From Selaginella moellendorffii (lineage: Eukaryota > Plantae > Lycopodiophyta): a stretch of 64,000 bases of DNA. The notes beneath the pieces are model-generated. The model saw nothing but the letters and a program-made list of their open reading frames with translations, searched no databases and was not told the DNA's origin. The stretch covers positions 3,420,405 through 3,484,404 of the forward strand of contig NW_003314262.1 of NCBI RefSeq assembly GCF_000143415.4. Reading direction: 5' to 3'. Positions within the stretch are counted from its first letter, which is position 1. Every line of letters starts with the position of its first letter. Of the stretch, positions 1 to 11,691 are shown piece by piece. A program made the translations under genes and the position numbers.

Positions 1-28
1 CTACGCCAGATGTGTAACGCGTACCGGA

Positions 29-217
29 CTACAATCGTCTAGAACTCGAAACGAGGTACTCGAAAGATCTTTGGTATTTTAGTTCTCGTTCTCGTCATCG
101 TTTTTCTCTCTCGCAGGTAGCGAGTTGTTGCTAGTGGAATTGCCAGCTACAATCGTCTAGAACTCCAGGTACTCGAAGATCTTAGCGTTCTCGTCATCGT
201 TTTGTCTCTCGCAGGTA
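29..217 (+). repeat. Tandem duplicated exon/micro-intron unit, probably in the INH3 5' leader
   Basis: CTACAATCGTCTAGAACTC...GGTACTCGAA...GTTCTCGTCATCGTTTT...CTCTCGCAG occurs twice; GT..AG spans 56-116 and 169-214. Confidence 0.6.
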
Positions 218-519
218 TCGGTTCTTCGAATTGTTGCTTGAGTGGGGATTGTTCTTCGAGCTTCTTGGCGTTTGGATCGGAGTGAGTCGTCTGTTTCCAT
301 CGATCGAGTCGAGCTTCCTGTGATTTGGATCGAGCTTCTTGTCATTTTGATCGGATGAGTTTGTTTGGAATGAATGGAAAGAAAGACCAAATTTTAAATC
401 GTTCGAATATTATTTGTCGCTCGAGTTTTAAGTTTTAGGGTTCTTTGAATCGAGTTTAATGTTTTAGGGTTCTTCAGTGGTGGGATCCCAATTCTCGCGA
501 CGGGGGAGGTTGGATTTCG

Positions 520-879
520 ATGGCGAGCAATGGCGCGGCATCGTCATCGAGCGCGACAGCGACGACGACGGTGACGCTGCAACAGCCGCGGCAACCGGAG
601 AGGCTGACGCTGCGCCTGGCGCCGCGGCGCAAGAAGAAGGTGAGTTGGAAGGCGGACACTGTCGACAACGAGTTCTTGGACAAGAAGAGCTCCAAGATTT
701 GCTGCATTTTCCACAAGGAGGAGGAATTCACGGACAGCAGCAGCAGCGAAGACGATGGCGATCCGGGCGATGAGAAGAAGAAGATGAAGAAGAAGGAGAA
801 ATTGGAACGGAAGAGCTCGAGAATGGATGGATCGTCCTCTTCCAAACACCATGAACACCACGAGTGTTGTAAGAAATAA
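520..879 (+). CDS. INH3: Protein phosphatase 1 inhibitor-3 (PPP1R11/Ypi1 family)
   Basis: KKKVSWKADTVDNEFLDKKSSKICCIFHK, with the RVxW-type motif and CCI motif, followed by an acidic/Ser tail. Confidence 0.93.
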   Translation: MASNGAASSSSATATTTVTLQQPRQPERLTLRLAPRRKKKVSWKADTVDNEFLDKKSSKICCIFHKEEEFTDSSSSEDDGDPGDEKKKMKKKEKLERKSSRMDGSSSSKHHEHHECCKK

Positions 880-948
880 GCTAGTCTCGGCCGTCGGTTG
901 TTTCGAATCCAACGGTCCTCGTGCTTCTTGACGCCAAGGTTTCTGGTG

Positions 949-2123
949 ATGGCGATGGCGCTGGCGCGCGCCCGGGTAGCGCATTTTGCGAGAGGCGCGG
1001 CCGGGATCGGCAGCGCGCATCACAGGAGGTAATGTGATCCATTTCGATCGATCGATTCTTCGTTGCTGATGGAAGCTAGGGTTTATCAGGGGCAATACGA
1101 CCTCTATTCACGACTTTGATCTGTTTGGCAAAATGAAAGAGAGCTCGGGGCGCGTCGCCGTGGATGCGTAAGTTCTCTTTTTTTTACGGAAACTCCATTG
1201 GTTTCTTTCTTTTGCTTGAGGTTCTTTGTTTCTCTTGAGTTTTTTAAGAAAAAACTTGAGCCCTTGTTTTCCTTCTTCTATATTTTTTGCTTTGAGAACT
1301 TCTGTGTTTATTTGTTTCTCTTGCGTTTTATGAGAAGTTTGAGAACTCGAGCTCTTTTGTTTTCCTTCTTCTAGATTTTTTGCTTTGAGAACTTCTGTGT
1401 TTCTTTGTTTCTCCTGCGCTTTTTGAGAAGTTTGAGAACTTGAGCTCTTTTTATTTCTTTCTTCTAGATTCAACTTCGTTTTCTTTGTTTCTCTTGCGAT
1501 TTTTGAGAAGTTTGAGAACTTTAAGCTCTTCTTTTTTCTATGGTGTTTTTTCTTTATGTTAATCTTTCTCACTTCTGTGCAGACTAAGTGAGGAAAGCTT
1601 CTCGGTGGATCAGGTCGAATATTTCGATTCAATCATATGCCTTAGCAAGTTTGTCCTGTCATGGACTCCGAAAACGTTTGAAGAAATCACCCCCGAAAGG
1701 TCTGTTTTCCTTTCTTTTCCTTCGTGCTAGTTTCTCTAAACTGAAACGATCGTCTTTGCAGCTTGGCGATTGTTGATCTACTGACTCCAACTCCAGGTTC
1801 TCCACTGAAACACTCCAGCTCTCGCAAACTTCTCTAATGTTTTCTCCATCTCCACAGAGATCTTGGTGCTCGGAACCGGGAACACGACGAAGTTTCCCAG
1901 CAAAGAAGTGAAGGAGTTTCTTAAATCCAGAAATATCAAGATCGAATCCGTCGATTCGGTACGTCTCGTAACAATTCCATTTTGTCCTCACTCGCAAAGT
2001 TTTTCTCCCTTCAAACAGAGGCATGCTGCCATCGCATTCAATTTCATGAACGTCGAGTGCCGCGACGTAGTGGCCGCAATGCTGCCTTGCGGCAAAGAAC
2101 CCGAGCGCACCCATCCTTTCTAA
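949..2123 (+). CDS. NDUFAF3: NDUFAF3/Mth938-domain complex I assembly factor, 6 exons (949-1028, 1090-1167, 1583-1699, 1762-1796, 1858-1958, 2019-2123)
   Basis: GT-AG splicing keeps the frame: FSVDQVEYFDSIICLSKFVLSWTPKTFEEITPESL...PEILVLGTG...IESVDSRHAAIAFNFMNVECRDVVAAMLP; Arg/Ala-rich N-terminus resembles a transit peptide. Confidence 0.88.
1255..1545. repeat. About 90-bp minisatellite (about 3 degenerate copies) in NDUFAF3 intron 2
   Basis: Repeated TTTTGCTTTGAGAACTTCTGTGTTT...GAGAAGTTTGAGAACT...GAGCTCTTTT. Confidence 0.85.
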
Positions 2124-3352
2124 GAACATGACACACTCCTTCGTCGCCAAAAGGTGCGTTTGCTCGATCCAATCCATCAATCACTTCAAGGATTCAGTCA
2201 GTACCAGAGAATCGAATTTTTTTTTTCTCCTGCCTTTTGCACACTCGTCAACTCTGCAGTGCCAAAACGGTGGAGAAAAGGAGAGAGAATGCAAAAAAAA
2301 TGGAGGAAGAAAGCTTAAGTTACAATATAAACTGGCCCGACGCGTTCGTCTCGAGCGAAAGGAGAATGGGCAAAACGAAAAGAAAACAAGGAACAAGCCA
2401 CGTACGGTGGACTGGTGCGTTGACTGGTGCTGGGATGGCGTTGGCTTGTCGCCCTGGGGCGCGACAGGGAGAATATCCCCCGGGAATACTTAATTCTCAG
2501 CGAGAGTGGAACACGTTACAAAGTCTTCACGCAATCTAACTGAGGTTGCCGCCGTTGCTTTGGACAAAACAAAACAAAACAAACAAAGAGATGGAAATCG
2601 AAATCCTGAGCTCTAAGTTAAGGTTTAAAGTCTAGTAATTAAACTGGTTGGGCATTTGCAACGTCTTGGCTTTAAAGGCAAAACATTCGTACCAGCATTC
2701 CCCAAAAGATCTACCGGGGCAAATACGATACGTCAGCCACAAGACGAGAGACGGTCATCAAGGGTATCATTCTTTGGTGTGAATGCGAAGAAAGAAAGAA
2801 AGAATCGCACACATTTGCATTGTCCCCCTCGGTTGCACAAACCATGTAAAAAGTATATGATATGCGGTCCACATATAAATTATCGTGCGCATGCATGGTA
2901 CGCATTATAGCGGACACAACCGGATTTTCTTTCCATTCTTTTTTCCTCTTTTTTTCTCCTTTTGTCAGAATCAAAGTGTTTTTTCTTTTTTGGCTCTCGC
3001 ATTGGTCGTGAGTGAGCGGACGAGTGGCCGGAACGGGGTTGAGCGACAATTTGATAATTGGGCCATCATAGGTGAGAAATGGCCACCGTTTCCCAATCAA
3101 AATAAAAATGGAGTAAGAGGAGAAAAAATGGGCCACAGAAAAGATGTGGATTTTCCCGGGCCCGCCACCAAACAAAGCCCGGGCGTCATCCGTGACATGT
3201 CCACCGTCATCCGTGACGCCACCCTTCACTTGGCGTGCACGGCAGGCCTCCCTCACGGGCGCACGGGAGTGGACGGGCCACGCCCGTCGGCCCGTCACGG
3301 CCGCCAACTGTGTGCGAAACGACGTGCGGAATATTTCATATGATGCCGTGTA

Positions 3353-3381
3353 GAATATTCCCTGCGCCGCGGCGAATATTC
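3353..3381. promoter_or_regulatory. P1BS (GNATATNC) pair
   Basis: GAATATTC at 3353 and 3374. Confidence 0.6.
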
Positions 3382-4415
3382 GCGCGTTTGACACGAGGTG
3401 TGCTGCTCTGCAGTAGCTTGCCTCTGGTGCGAAGCAACCGTGGGAGGCTTGTTTTTACTTTTTTTCCACTTCGTTTGTTGTTGTCCATCATCATCACTCA
3501 TATATCTTGTGCATGTGCTATTGAGGCAGACGAGGCAAAAGTGGATAGAGTTTTGTTGACACATCAAAGTGTAGAGACCAAGCCAGTGTTACGGCGGTGA
3601 CACGGGCAGATTAGATTCTACTCCAATTGGGCCTGATCCTTGCATCTCGAGTGCAAACAATTGCCCCCATTGTACAGATGGCTTTAGGGGAGAGAGATAA
3701 AGTTTTTAGTCGTATTAGAGGTTCTACCAACATGCCAAGGCACTTCATTCTGCCGAGCCAGCGAAGAAACCTTTGATCCAACAGCAACAGCAAGTGCAAG
3801 GATTTGGCGAGACTTTGTTGTTGTTGCTTGACAACTGGCGAGCGCTGAGAGAAACACCCACCCAAAAAAGAATCAAGCCTCTTGTCTTTCCACATCGTAC
3901 AAAAGAATGTTGCCACCTTCGGGCAAATGCGGGCTTCCAAAGGCTTTCACCACGAGATCGCATATAGATCTCTCCTCTTTCGTTTTCAAGTTCCAGTCTC
4001 CGGCTAAGTGGAACATACAAGTAAAGTGCGCCACCTTTACAAGGAAAGGGGAGATGCAGTTTTCATTTGGTCAACACGGCAGCCTTTTGCATTACAAGAC
4101 TAATTTATATTCTCTTATTCTACGCGAAGATTCTCGCTCTCCATTGTAGTGTGTGTTGTTTATGTGAGGCGCATTATAGACGGGCTATATAGGAAGGGAG
4201 AAGTCCTCCAGAATCATTCACTCTCTCACTCTTTCATTTTCTCCGAGAGGAGAAATTGGGTGTTGGTCTTTGGGCAAGTGCCGAAATGTTTGGAGGGAGC
4301 AATGGCAATGTTTGTTGGGTGGTCGGATGGGTTTGGACCCACAATTGCTGGTGTGAGGATTGAATGCACGAGCCCAGAAAAAAACCCAAAAGATTGGCGT
4401 GCTCCAGTGTGTATA

Positions 4416-4418
<3 letters not shown>

Positions 4419-4448
<30 letters not shown>
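4419..4448. repeat. (TG)15 microsatellite
   Basis: Direct reading. Confidence 0.95.
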
Positions 4449-4452
<4 letters not shown>

Positions 4453-5034
4453 CAACGCAAACGCGGGAGAGAGACCAAATTGCAAAAGGGAGGAGCGATG
4501 GATGAGCGCTTGCTTGGCACTGAGTGTGCTTTTCGGGGCTTTGAAAGGCGACTAGACAGTGGAATGGATTGCGAATTCCATCCCCCAAATGGATTGATGG
4601 AGCTAGAGAGTTGTGGAGGGGATTGGGATAGATTTTCCTTTTTTTCTCTTCTTTATCTTGTCTCTTGCATCACGCTGCTGTCACCTTTGCTTTTCCTGCC
4701 CTAATCTTGGGCCGTTGACGGCTGTGACGCCAAAGGTGACGGAGCCCGCCACTAGAAACGCTACGAGCGGGCGATTGATTCGAATTGGATCCGGGATTGC
4801 CGTTGTCTGTCCTCTCCGGGCAGGCAACAACGCATTCTTGTGCCCCGCCGGGAAAAATGAATGCCGTGGTTTTTCCTTGGCCGAATTATTGCACTGCTTG
4901 GCTTGCTAAAGCCCAACAAAAAAAAAGAAAAGAAAAACGGAGATGCTTCCAGTCAGGAAACGCCTCAACCCTAAAGAAAATCCATCCGCCACCCGACCGT
5001 TTTTTGTCGCGCGCAAATAAATTCAAAGGTCAAG

Positions 5035-5092
5035 GAATATCCCCCGCACGGAGGGACGAGAGCATATTCCGGTAAAGACCAGAAGTATATGC
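5035..5092. promoter_or_regulatory. P1BS triplet
   Basis: GAATATCC 5035, GCATATTC 5062, GTATATGC 5085. Confidence 0.65.
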
Positions 5093-5930
5093 CGTTGGTT
5101 CATCACTAGGTTTTTCACCGGCAAGCAATAGTATAAGTGGTAGGCTTTCTCGTAGTCCCTTGCTGTGGCGTGGCGGAGACTCCTGTCGTGGTAAAACGGA
5201 AAATGTACCGTGGGCAAACTTGGAGGGTTACGTGCAATCAAGGGGAAGGAGTTTGCTCACACGCGAGCGGGCGAGCAAGATAGAGATCGGCGAGAGCGAG
5301 ATTCCATTTGCGCCAGGGGAATCATCCCGCTTGTTGGGGTGGCATCAAACACGGAATCTAGCTTAGTCTGCTGTTGCTTAACGAGGGAACCAGGCGAAAA
5401 CATGCACCGTGCAGTTAGAGCCAATCCCTTAAAAAAAAGAAACCGCGAAAAAAAAGGAAGTATTATTTTAAAAATGGAAGGATGGAACACTCACAATCTA
5501 TACGCCACTGCTGCCCCCTGCCAGGCTTTTCCCTTTGGGCTTTTGTAGCTTGGAAGATTGGGAACAAAAGTAACACCAAGGTGTGCAATCCAAGAGAAAA
5601 ATGTTACTTTGAAGCAACCCCTATTAGTATATTCGCTTGGGGATCGATCTTTGCTCCATCCCCATCGATCAATCCATGCCAAGAACTTAGAATTCACGAA
5701 GTATAACAAACCTGGAAAGGCGTGCCACCACGGTCATTGTGTTTGTGTGTGTTGGAGCGATGATCCTTCCTTCCAGATCCAAGCTGTTACTTAGAAGCAA
5801 TCGTCCAGATCGCTCTTCTAAAGTCTCGCTAGGGTTTCTTTTCTACCCGCGTTTGCTCACCAAACTTCCATAAACCCCTCACGGCAAACAAACATGTTGG
5901 ACCTGTGTTCTCCGCGAGGAGATGCCGCCC

Positions 5931-5963
5931 GGATATTCCGCGGCCACTCGGCCGGGAATATTC
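5931..5963. promoter_or_regulatory. P1BS pair
   Basis: GGATATTC 5931, GAATATTC 5956. Confidence 0.6.
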
Positions 5964-6270
5964 GCCGGCCGGGGGACGTTTGACCCGCGCCCACGTCAGC
6001 GTCAGGGGAGCAATTACCCGGGGCCGGTAAACCCCGGTTGTCAAACGTTGTAACGAATCTACGGCTCGCATGCTGCCACAGTGGCGGGGATATTGATGAC
6101 CCCGTGACCGCCGTCCATGTCAACGCCGCCTAGACGGCCGAGATCTGGCCAGCTCGCGGGAATAAAAAAGTACATTCCGTATGGTGGATCCGACGGCGCC
6201 CGCTGGAGGGTGCCATCCAACGGCCACCAGCCGACGGCAAAAGAAATGGGTTGTGTGTATAGTGTTGGCT

Positions 6271-6414
6271 ATGGTGCTTGTCCTCTATCGGGGTTTGTTG
6301 TGTATTCTTGTTTCCTTCTTTTTTAGGGCGTGTGTTGAAATCCTTGAGAGTCTTTCCGTGTTGCGGAGCGATCATAGGAGCCAGATCGCATTTCTTGCAA
6401 GCGGCAGTGGATGA
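6271..6414 (+). other. Candidate peptide uORF upstream of the MYND F-box gene
   Basis: ATG 6271 (in frame with ATG 6181) to TGA 6414; ends ...CVEILESLSVLRSDHRSQIAFLASGSG*. Confidence 0.35.
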
Positions 6415-6635
6415 TTCCCTTACTCTTTCCTTTTCTTCCTCTTTTTGGCCGATCTTGAGCTTTTTTAGCTCGCAAGACGCGATTTTCCTGCCCTTGCCCG
6501 GAGGAAAGGATCAAGATGAGCTCCGGATTCCCGCGACGCGCCTGGCAGGAGCGCTGTGGATCGAAAATCCGCCCGGAGCGTTCTTGAATCTTGTCGCGGC
6601 GCTAGTAGCATTCGTCTCGAGGACGCTCATCGCCA

Positions 6636-8403
6636 ATGAGGACGAGAAGGGGGAACTATCCATCGCCGACGGACGGCATAATCTTTAGCATCAAGCCATA
6701 CTCTCACAAGCGCCAGCGCCAGGGATCCTTCGACGCCGCCGAGCGGCCATGCAAGTTCTCGCGCGTCGCCGGATCCTCCAGGAAATCCACCACTCCATGC
6801 GCCTTCGATTTTGTCCCAGACGATCTCCTTGTCGACATCGCCATGGCGCTGGTCTCCACCGCCTCGTCGCCGGCCGATCTCTTCAACATGATGCTCATGT
6901 GAGTCTCGATCTCTCGAAATATCGCTCCTCTCGCTCGATCTCTTCCGAAATATCGCTCCTCTCGCTCTCCTCGCTCGATCTCTTCCGAAATATCGCTCCT
7001 CGCTCTCGATCTTTCCCCGACTCATCGCGCGCTGTGTGTTCTTCCAGATGCCGGAGATTCTGCGCCGCCGCGACGCATCCACAGGTCTTGGCCAGAGTAT
7101 CGCCTCAAGCATTCGCTGTCAAGGCTGGGAGCTGGTCCGCGGGATCGCATCGATTCCTCAAGCAATGCGCCGACGTCGGCAATGTGGAAGCGCTCTACAC
7201 GCTGGGAATGGTGAGTGAAGAGTAGCAATCAGTGTGTGAGAGAGTAGAGATCTCTTCTTCGTTCCATGCTTGGTTTTGGTTCAATAGCATAGGTTCCATG
7301 CTTGGTTTTGGTTCCTTAGTCGTGGATTCGTTGTTCTTCCTTCTCATGATAAGTGGTCTTTTGATGGGCAGATTCGCTTCTACTGCTTGAACAACAGCAG
7401 CGGCGCCTCATTGATGGCCAAGGCGGCGGTGGCGTCGCACGCCGCGGCGCTCCACTCCCTGGCGGTGATTCACTTCAATGGTAGCGGCGGGCGGCGAAAG
7501 GACAAGAACCTCAAAGCCGGGGTGGCGCTGTGCATGCGAGCGGCGTCGCTGGGTCACGTCGACGCCATCCGCGAGCTCGGGCACTGCCTCCAGGACGGCT
7601 ATGGAGTTGTGAAGAACGTACTCCAGGGGCGGCGGCTGCTGCTCGAGGCCAACGCCCGGGAGGCGGCGGCGGCGGTGGCGGCCGCCTTCCCCAAGAACCT
7701 CATGGAGCTGGCGCTCAAGCGGACTTCTCGGACAGGCTGCGCCAGCTGCCCGCATCACAGGTTCTTCACGCTGCCGCCGTCGACCAAGGCGGACATCTTC
7801 CAAAAGGCGGTCTTGGACAGCGCTGGGATCGTCGCTGGTGGTGGTGGTGGTGGTGGAGGTGGTGGTGGTGGCGCTGGCGGCGGCGCCACCAATGCGAGTG
7901 CAGCAAATGCCATGGAGCGGCACCCGGTGTTCAAGCTGCTCCAAAACGGTGGCTGCGCGCTGCTGAGCGACTTCGGCTGCAACGTGCCCCCGGCCAAGGT
8001 GCACGTCGCCAACAAGTTTCTGGTGGAGTGGTTTGCGCTGCACCCGACGTCGGCGGCGGGGCTGCGCCTGTGCTCGCATGCAAACTGCGGGCGGCCCGAG
8101 ACGAGGCGGCACGAGTTCCGGCGCTGCTCGGCGTGCGGCCGCGTCAACTACTGCTCGCGGGCGTGCCAGGCATTGGACTGGAAGCTGCGGCACAAGTACC
8201 ATTGCATCCCGGTGGCCGACTGGGAGAACCGGGAGGACAGGCAATTGGACGGGGAGGAGAACCAGCGCGGTGGCGACGAGGCGGAGGAGGAGGAAGACGA
8301 GGAGGATGGCGATGACGACGAGATGGAGATTGGTCGCCAGGATAATCAACAGCCAGGGGAGGAGAGTCACGCGTACGATCTAGGAGGTGAGGATCACAGG
8401 TGA
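6636..8403 (+). CDS. F-box / Sel1-like (HCP) repeat / MYND zinc-finger protein (At1g67340/At5g50450 family); exons 6636-6898, 7048-7210, 7372-8403
   Basis: MRTRRG start, FDFVPDDLLVDI F-box-like segment, GNVEALYTLGMIRFYC, HAAALHSLAVIHFNGSGG, CSHANCGRPETRRHEFRRCSACGRVNYCSRACQALDWKLRHK. Confidence 0.93.
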
Positions 8404-8823
8404 GACGAGCGAGAGATTGAGATCGAGAGAGAGAGAGAAGTGGGTTTTTTGGTTCTTCCCATCTTCTTCCTCCTCCTCTGTTAGCTCTCGAGGCACGCAC
8501 GCACGCACACAACAAACTCGACACACAGATTGGATCGCCATCGCCATCGTCGTCATCGTCATCGACAAGAAGAGACGATCGATGGGGGGAATTTTTTTTT
8601 GCTCTCCCTCACACATGGAAACCGGGGAGGCGAGAGTTTTGTGTGTGGATGGATCCGTTAGTTGGGACTCTCGCCAAAGCGGTTATAGAGAAGAGAGAGA
8701 GAGAGAAGAGCTCTCTCTTGTTAGTCCAAAAGGAGGAGGCTAGCTCACACAAGCTCACAAGTTTGTTCTTTTCTCTTTGTGGTGTGAAGAAAAACAGTTT
8801 TTTCTCGTGTCATGTGGCCTGGA

Positions 8824-8877
8824 GCATATTCGAGGGGATATCCTTCGATATGGTATATTCCATGGACGCGAATATGC
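8824..8877. promoter_or_regulatory. P1BS quadruplet downstream of the MYND gene
   Basis: GCATATTC 8824, GGATATCC 8836, GTATATTC 8853, GAATATGC 8870. Confidence 0.65.
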
Positions 8878-8892
8878 CAGGGGATTCTCTCT

Positions 8893-11107
8893 TTAGTAGT
8901 CTGTAACGCTCGGGGTTCTCTTGTAGTACTTGTCCCGCAAGAGGTTGGTCACGTTGTTACGTTGGCAGCCTTCCTCGATCATCCGCCTGTCCACCTTCTT
9001 GGCGAGGTGGTACTTTTGGCTCCTGCAATAGGCATCAATGAGCGCGTTGTAAACGTAAACGTTGGGCTTTTGTCCCGCCTTACGAAAGTCCTGTAGTGTT
9101 GGGTGCGTGCGTGAGAAAAAGGAAAAGAAATGCGCAGGCAGGAGAATCAAAATCCTGTATAGAGCATGGAACCACGGGAGGAAGTACTTCGGTCATGCTG
9201 CGGAGATGACCCACGAAAGAGAAAGAAAGGATGGTGGATCTTGTGAAGGACGAAGGAGAGCTACAAGGAATGAAATGAATGAGATGAATGAAAAGAGAGC
9301 TACAAGGAAAGTAGAAGAAGATGGAGCTAATGAGAGGAGAGCTACAAGGAAAGAGATGGAGCTTACAAGGAATGGAAGAATGAAAGGAGATGACGCTTAG
9401 AAGGAATGAAAGAATGAAAGGGAGCTACAAGGAGAAAAAGAATGGAAGAATGGAAGGAGAGCTAAAAGGAACTTAGAAGGAAACGGAGCTTACCCGATAA
9501 ATGTTCCTGGCTTGCTGCCACATGAGCTCCTTCCCGCAGGCTCGGATGAGCGATGCCACGACGTGAGTGTTTGGAACGCACCGCCGCTGCTTCATGTGCT
9601 CGTAAAGCCTCAACGCTACCTCGACCTGCTTGGCGTTCTCGCAAGCCACCAGCAGCGGACCAAACGTAACTTCGTTTGGAGCGATCCCGGTTTGCTCCAT
9701 CTCCTGGACGAGTGAGAGCGCCGCTTCCCAGTTCTTCGACTTCTGGCAGGCGACCAGGATCACGTTGTAAACCTCCCTGTCCAGCTTCATCCCCGACGAC
9801 TTGACGCTGTGGAAGAAAAGCATCGCTCGATCAAACTCCCTGGCCGCGATGAGGCCGTTTAGAACCGCATTGACGGTGTAGAAGTCGGGCGCCACCCCGG
9901 ACGCCTTCATCCGCGGCAGCAAGTCGAGAACGATCTCCCACTTCCCTGCCTTGCCGAGCGCTCGCATCAAAACGTTGTACGTGACGATGGTCGGCTTGCA
10001 ACCGGACTCCAGCATCTCCTTGAAGAAGGTGAGAGCGACGAGCCAGCGTCCCTGCGTCGCGCAGACGCAAACCAGGCCTCTGTAGATTCCATCCGTCGCC
10101 TTGAGGCCCTGTGAGTTCATCCGCGCGTAGGCGTCGAGAGCCAAGTCGGCCTGGTTCGTCTGGACGAAGGTGCTCACGAGTAGGCAGTAAGTTCCAACGT
10201 TCTCGACGCATCCTTCCTTTCGCATCCTCTCCCACGTCTGGAGAACTCTCTCCAGCTTGTGGCCTCGCCCGTAGGCCGCCAGCATCGTGTTGTACATGGC
10301 GACGTCGGGCTTGAGCGAGCCATGCACGACGAGCTCGCTAAACATCCTGTGAGCCGACTCCCAGCCTTGGACGTGAGCCAGCGCTCGCATGACGGCCGTA
10401 TAAGTGTAGAGCGTCGGGGCCACCCGATCCTGCTTCATCCTCTCGAAGATGGCGATGGCGTCGGCCTCGTCGCCATCTTTCATGAGTCCGGTGATGAGAG
10501 AGTTGTAAGCGTTGGCGTGGATACCTCTCTTCCTGTCGCTCAGCCATTCCAGGACTTTGAAGGCTGTTCTTCGTCGGCCAGCTCTCGAGAGCTTGATGAC
10601 CAGCCAGGATCCTGTGTCCTTGGTTATCGCTCGCCTAAAGCTTTCTAGAACTGGAGCAACGGGATCGTCAGCTCCCAGCCTGCGAAGAGCGTCGTGAAGC
10701 CGCAAGAAATCATACTTCCCTCCAGCAGAAGTAGCATAGCGGCGATAAATGGCTCCTATCAACTTCTTCGTGTCATCTGTTTGATCCGATAAGCTAATTC
10801 TACTCGCAGCTATTGGCCCCCGATCTTCTTCACAAGGAACAACCTTTGGTGTGAGATTTTTATCTGCCACTACACTGCTTTCCTCTCCCACAACAACTGG
10901 ATTTTGCGCTGGATTCTCATAGAAACCGCTAAACATCCATTGGAAGTTCCCGACAATCGCATTTCCGGTCGATGCTACGTTCTTGGCGTCTGCTACATTG
11001 CTAGCACGACCTAATTTCCCCCCTCTCCCCGCGTCTATCACCGATCTAGAGATGAAAGGAATGGCGATACCTGGCAGCGCATTTTGACAGCTTCCAATCG
11101 CCCACAT
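8893..11107 (-). CDS. P-class pentatricopeptide repeat protein (At3g29290/EMB2076-like); exons 11107-9494 and 9090-8893
   Basis: Tandem 35-aa P motifs (YNSLITGL, YTAVMRAL, YNTMLAAY, YCLLVSTF...); GT-AG intron joins a final PPR exon; start codon uncertain. Confidence 0.9.
9250..9470. repeat. GA-rich degenerate repeat (GAGCTACAAGGA units) in the PPR intron
   Basis: Four GAGCTACAAGGA copies plus variants. Confidence 0.75.
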
Positions 11108-11691
11108 CAGCGGCAGCGCCCCCTCACATCGCTGGAGGGCGCAAAAGCAAAATCCCCGCACCACAAGAACCCTATCTATCCGTTAGCGTTTTTAGGGCTC
11201 CTCATTTTCAAACATTCGGAATATTCGCCGGCATCCATTCAAACCTCCCGGTAGTCTTCGTTCTCCTTTTGCTTGCGAGCGACGCCACCATCAAAAGATT
11301 CAGGCGATTGCGAGCAACGCAAATCAAGTTTTCTTGTGGTGGATTGACTGGTGCTTTCGTGTAAGCTTCTCGCTCGTCATTGCGATTTCCAAAGAGAACG
11401 GAGGGCTTTGGGAAACTTGCGAGGACAATTCAAACAATTTGCCCCTGGATAGAGGAAGAAACTCCGGCCTTCACGCAACCTAGCCCTTTGTGATTGCTCG
11501 CATCGAGTGCGTTGGTAAAAAGGAAGGTGTGTGGAAGGAGGAAACCCCCAATTTCTATCTGTCTATCTATTTTCTGGGTGGAAGTCATAGGCATAGCCAT
11601 TTGCCAAAAGTTTTGTCAATGTTTGGTTGCATGATTTCGCGCCCTCCAACAATGATTTTGATCCGTGGCAAACTAGAACAAGACTTCTTGC

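Noticed and set aside
1108-1632. 174-aa Lys-rich ORF on the minus strand
   Set aside because: Antisense reading of the T-rich intronic minisatellite of NDUFAF3.
3900-5230. Possible miR399 or IPS1-type target-mimic site near the P1BS clusters (GGGCAA seeds)
   Set aside because: None extends to the required ...TTTGGCA complement, and no long hairpin was seen.
2711-6123. Many 60-230 aa ORFs in the long intergenic region
   Set aside because: No recognisable motifs; consistent with chance ORFs in GC-rich regulatory DNA.
7408-8383. Long alternative-frame ORFs over the MYND gene
   Set aside because: Shadow ORFs of GC-rich coding sequence.
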